A stretch of 20,207 nt of DNA from a virus (Duplodnaviria > Heunggongvirae > Uroviricota > Caudoviricetes). Below, in pieces: positions 16,721 to 20,207 of this stretch. The notes under the pieces are model-generated. The model saw only the letters and a list, made by a program, of their open reading frames with translations, made no database searches and was not told the origin of the DNA. The stretch lies in the IMG/VR virus record IMGVR_UViG_2718217714_000002, positions 1 through 20,207 of that record. One strand, given 5' to 3'. Position numbers and translations under genes: made by a program. Each line of letters opens with the position of its first letter. The stretch's first letter is position 1.

Positions 16721-16738
16721 ATTTACAGGAGAAAAAGT

Positions 16739-17130
16739 ATGTCTGAACCCTTATCCGGTTCCGGCACGGCTGCAGCGCTCGGCGGGGCGACGGTGTACGG
16801 GCTGTTTACCGGAACGGATTTCGGGATTGTGTTTGGTGCCTTTGCCGGGGCGTTATTTGTGGCAACGATGCCGCAGGCGCTTTCAGCCTGGCGTGTGCGG
16901 CACATTTTCTGGTGTCGTTCATTGTTGGTGTGCTGGGGGCAGAAGTTCTGGCATCCTGGCTGGTAAAGCATACAGAGTTTGACGGTGCACCTGTCGACGC
17001 ATTGTGTGCAGTACTGGTGTCAGTGGTGTCGGTGAAGATTCTCTCGTTCATCCACCAGCAGGATATTGCATCACTGGTGTCCGGTCTGTTCTCCCGTCTG
17101 CGGGGCGGAGGAGGCGGCAATGTTAAGTAA
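16739..17130 (+). pseudogene. Holin-like gene split by an apparent frameshift at a T4 homopolymer (16905-16908)
   Basis: Frame A (16739..16966) encodes a Gly-rich TM N-terminus and then W/C/R-rich nonsense. Frame B (16912..17130) encodes a TM-rich continuation SFIVGVLGAEVLASWLV.... Adding one T to the T4 run joins them as ...RVRHIFLVSFIVGVLG... into one holin of about 130 aa. Confidence 0.5.
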
Positions 17131-17398
17131 CCTTCCCGGATTGCTGAATGTGGCGTTATGCACGGTTATCGTGCTGACGCTCTTTTTTTATCGTCGTCGT
17201 GATTCCAGACATAAACCGTTGATGTCATGGCTGGCCTGGCTGCTGATGCTGCTTTATGCCTTTGCACCACTCAGTTATCTGTGCGGTCGCCCGTTAGCGG
17301 CGAACTGGCTGGCGGTGGGGCTTAATCTGCTGTTCTGCGTGTTGGTTATTCGCGCACGCGGGAACGTTTCAAAAATCTTTGTATTACGAAGACGCTGA
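17120..17398 (+). CDS. Small membrane protein of the lysis cassette (holin/antiholin-like)
   Basis: 92 aa, MLSNLPGLLNVALCTVIVLTLFFYRRRD... with at least two hydrophobic helices. GGAGG SD. Start overlaps the upstream stop and its stop abuts the endolysin ATG. Confidence 0.5.
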   Translation: MLSNLPGLLNVALCTVIVLTLFFYRRRDSRHKPLMSWLAWLLMLLYAFAPLSYLCGRPLAANWLAVGLNLLFCVLVIRARGNVSKIFVLRRR

Positions 17399-17399
17399 T

Positions 17400-17528
17400 A
17401 TGAAGTCGAAAGATGAAATTTTTGACGAAGTTCTGGGAAAAGAGGGCGGTTACGTCAATCACCCGGATGATAAAGGCGGACCGACAAAATGGGGTATTAC
17501 GGAAAAAGTCGCCCGCGCTCACGGATAA
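17400..17528 (+). pseudogene. Endolysin 5' fragment (glycoside hydrolase family 108-type N-terminus), truncated after 42 codons
   Basis: MKSKDEIFDEVLGKEGGYVNHPDDKGGPTKWGITEKVARAHG then TAA. The GGYVNHPDDKGGPTKWGIT signature is the conserved start of GH108-type phage lysozymes. The downstream sequence switches to tail-fibre coding DNA. Confidence 0.65.
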
Positions 17529-18129
17529 CGGGAAATACACCGCACAGAATGCAACGACAGCACAGAAAGGGATAGTACAACTCAGCAGTGCGACAAACAG
17601 TACTTCCGAGTCACTGGCGGCAACGCCAAAAGCAGTTAAGGCCGCGTATGACCTGGCTAACGGGAAATACACCGCACAGAATGCAACGACAGCACAGAAA
17701 GGGATAGTACAACTCAGTAGTGCGACAAACAGCACTTCCGAGTCACTGGCGGCAACCCCAAAAGCGGTCAAAGTGGTAATGGATGAGGCTCAGAGCAAAT
17801 TATCAAAGGATGAATTTTTAAGAAGTATCAGTTCGCCGAAACCGGATATCGGCAGTGTGGTTATGGCAGCTTTTTTGGGAGTAGCGGAAGGTGGAGTTTT
17901 AATGCGCCTGAGTCGTGGACAACCATGCCCGGGAAAAGCACTTGCGCCGGTGGAAATAGTAGTGGGAGGCGTGACAGGAGCAGGCACAATGAAAGGGGAG
18001 GCAACGTTTGTCATTGGCAGAACGAATACATCGGCATTTCCCGGAGTGTATCAGTCTCTGGGGGGAGATGGTCTTTATACCACCAACGGAAAGGAAGCGT
18101 ATATAGGATTATTTGTGCGGGTCGGGTGA
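17521..18129 (+). pseudogene. 3' fragment of side tail-fibre gene (tail-fibre repeat region plus C-terminal domain)
   Basis: Contains two copies of the tail-fibre repeat GKYTAQNATTAQKGIVQLSSATNSTSESLAATPKAVK, as in Stf proteins. The first about 36 codons of the 17413 track ORF are out-of-frame overlap with the endolysin fragment. Confidence 0.65.
17527..17769 (+). repeat. Tandem direct repeat, 132-bp unit, about 1.8 copies (coding tail-fibre repeat)
   Basis: AACGGGAAATACACCGCACAGAATGCAACGACAGCACAGAAAGGGATAGTACAACTCAG... at 17527 and again at 17659. Also produces the mirrored minus-strand ORF 17346..17771. Confidence 0.8.
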
Positions 18130-18135
18130 CAGAGT

Positions 18136-18702
18136 ATGCAGATAAAAAATATAAGAAATGCCATGTTTCTGGAGGATGGTGCTGTATATTGTGAAGTGCT
18201 TTTGGAGGGGCAGGAGGTACATCTACCTTATACCGCTGTTGAGAATGATGTTGCGGAAATGGGTAAACAGGTCTGGCAGGAACTGCAAAGCGGGAAGTGG
18301 GGCGGAATAGCCCGGTTTACCGTTACGCCTGAACTTATTGCCGCAGAAAAAGAGGCTAAAGTGCGTGAGATCGAAGTATGGCGTCAGGAACAGGAGTCCA
18401 TGTCGTTCATGCTGGAATGGAAAGGTCACAAATGGAATGCTGGTCCGGTTTCGCTGTCCCGCCTCTTACCAGTGGTAATGGCGGCGAAATCAGGAGCTGG
18501 CAGAGAAACAATTGTTTGGGGAGATGGAGAGAATACGCCAATCGTCCTGACGATGCAGGAACTGGAAGAACTTGCGGCAGTAATGGCACGGGCACAGGCC
18601 GATCGCAATGACGAGATTTATCGTCGTCAGCGGGAGATGAAGGAAGAGCTGAATAATCTTGATGATTTACGCTCAATCCGAGCGTTTGACGTTACGCAAT
18701 AA
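18136..18702 (+). CDS. Putative tail-fibre assembly / chaperone-like protein
   Basis: 188-aa ORF immediately downstream of the tail-fibre fragment, the usual Tfa position. Sequence not confidently matched to a specific Tfa family. Confidence 0.4.
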   Translation: MQIKNIRNAMFLEDGAVYCEVLLEGQEVHLPYTAVENDVAEMGKQVWQELQSGKWGGIARFTVTPELIAAEKEAKVREIEVWRQEQESMSFMLEWKGHKWNAGPVSLSRLLPVVMAAKSGAGRETIVWGDGENTPIVLTMQELEELAAVMARAQADRNDEIYRRQREMKEELNNLDDLRSIRAFDVTQ

Positions 18703-18923
18703 AAAAAACACTGATATGCAAGCCCCTTGTAAAAATATTGAACAGGGATGCTTTGAGTTGAATTGGATTTACATGGGGGCACCTTGGGGCATATATGGGA
18801 CATAAAAAGGCCTCAGACAAACAGCAAAATCGAGATCAGGAGTTTTTAGAAAAAATACAACTATCTGAAAAAACTTAGAAAACGCCCAAAAATCCATAGG
18901 ATGGTAAAAAATATCTATGAATT

Positions 18924-20207
18924 ATGGATTTCCAGTTATATTCGCTCGGCGCAGCGTTGGTGTTTCATGAAATATTTTTTCCTGAATCATCAACGGCAAT
19001 GGCGTTAATTTTGGCAATGGGAACCTACGGTGCAGGTTATGTGGCGCGTATTGTCGGAGCATTTATTTTCGGCAAAATGGGCGACAGAATAGGGCGTAAA
19101 AAAGTGCTCTTTATTACCATCACCATGATGGGGATCTGTACCACCTTAATTGGTGTGTTACCGACCTATGCACAGATTGGTGTTTTTGCCCCCATCTTGC
19201 TGGTGACGCTGCGTATTATTCAGGGGTTGGGTGCAGGTGCGGAAATTTCCGGTGCCGGTACGATGCTGGCGGAATATGCACCAAAAGGTAAGCGCGGAAT
19301 TATCTCCTCATTTGTAGCTATGGGAACTAACTGCGGAACCTTGAGCGCAACGGCAATCTGGGCCTTTATGTTCTTCATTCTCAGTAAAGAGGAACTGCTG
19401 GCGTGGGGATGGCGTATACCGTTCCTGGCGAGCGTTGTCGTGATGGTCTTTGCTATCTGGTTACGTATGAATCTGAAAGAAAGCCCGGTCTTTGAGAAGG
19501 TTAATGACAGCAACCAACCCACAGCAAAACCTGCACCTGCTGGTAGCATGTTCCAGAGCAAATCCTTCTGGCTGGCAACAGGGCTGCGTTTTGGTCAGGC
19601 GGGTAACTCCGGGTTAATTCAGACTTTCCTTGCAGGCTATTTAGTGCAGACGTTATTGTTTAACAAAGCAATTCCAACAGATGCATTGATGATTAGTTCG
19701 ATTCTCGGCTTTATGACCATTCCGTTCCTTGGTTGGTTATCCGATAAAATTGGTCGCCGGATCCCGTATATTATTATGAATACCTCCGCGATTGTGCTGG
19801 CATGGCCAATGCTTTCTATCATTGTAGATAAAAGCTATGCCCCGAGCACCATTATGGTTGCACTGATTGTGATTCATAACTGTGCGGTGCTGGGATTATT
19901 TGCTCTGGAAAACATTACCATGGCAGAAATGTTCGGCTGTAAAAACCGCTTTACCCGGATGGCCATTTCTAAAGAAATTGGTGGTCTTATCGCTTCCGGT
20001 TTTGGTCCTATCCTGGCGGGTATTTTCTGCACCATGACGGAATCCTGGTATCCGATCGCCATTATGATCATGGCATATTCAGTGATTGGTTTAATCTCTG
20101 CGCTGAAAATGCCAGAAGTGAAAGACCGTGATTTAAGTGCGCTGGAAGACGCTGCGGAAGATCAACCGCGTGTTGTAAGAGCTGCGCAACCTTCCAGAAG
20201 TCTGTAA
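18924..20207 (+). pseudogene. ydfJ: MFS (metabolite:H+ symporter family) transporter gene lacking its 5' end; ydfJ-like prophage-interrupted gene
   Basis: 427-aa ORF begins MDFQLYSLGAALVFHEIFFP..., i.e. inside the conserved (E)W(Y)DF region that normally follows TM1. In-frame TGA three codons upstream. Matches what I recall of E. coli ydfJ, which is interrupted by Qin. Confidence 0.7.

Noticed and set aside
15992-16738. Shiga toxin or other toxin genes downstream of the prophage tRNAs
   Set aside because: No ORF of adequate length is present in this interval; only very short ORFs (16 and 35 aa) without support.
17413-17520. N-terminal 36 codons of the 238-aa track ORF (MKFLTKFWEKRAV...)
   Set aside because: This stretch is an out-of-frame read through the endolysin fragment. 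Recognisable tail-fibre sequence only begins at about 17521.
17346-17771. 141-aa minus-strand ORF with an internal protein repeat
   Set aside because: It is the reverse-strand shadow of the 132-bp tail-fibre tandem repeat; the repeat explains the apparent internal duplication.

Overview
This window reads as a degraded lambdoid (Rac/Qin-like) prophage lying between a 5' fragment of rspA on the left (stops after codon 74) and a 5'-truncated ydfJ-like MFS transporter gene on the right. Nothing was searched or computed; all calls come from reading the sequence and ORF track against recalled family knowledge. Early region: YdaG/YdaF-like small ORFs, a divergent repressor / Cro-like pair with operator repeats, a YdaT-like gene, and a replication initiator carrying phased GTCACG iterons. 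Cargo block 1 (about 4.3-9.9 kb): a BetT-like BCCT transporter, a membrane protein, and an AT-rich 447-aa protein with an HExxH motif. Then a hok type I toxin locus, a DUF968 (YdfU-like) protein, RusA and a Q antiterminator. Cargo block 2 sits between Q and the lysis genes, the classic moron position. It holds the strongest candidate for a new system: an AT-rich 427-aa minus-strand gene whose two ends align to proteasome beta-subunit/HslV but which is about twice normal size. The same block carries a beta-class DNA methyltransferase and tRNA-Thr(UGU) plus tRNA-Gly(UCC). The late region is decayed: the holin is split by a frameshift at a T4 run, and a GH108-type endolysin is cut after 42 codons and abutted to the 3' end of a tail-fibre gene. 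Integrase, terminase, head and tail modules are absent. No CRISPR array or rRNA was seen.
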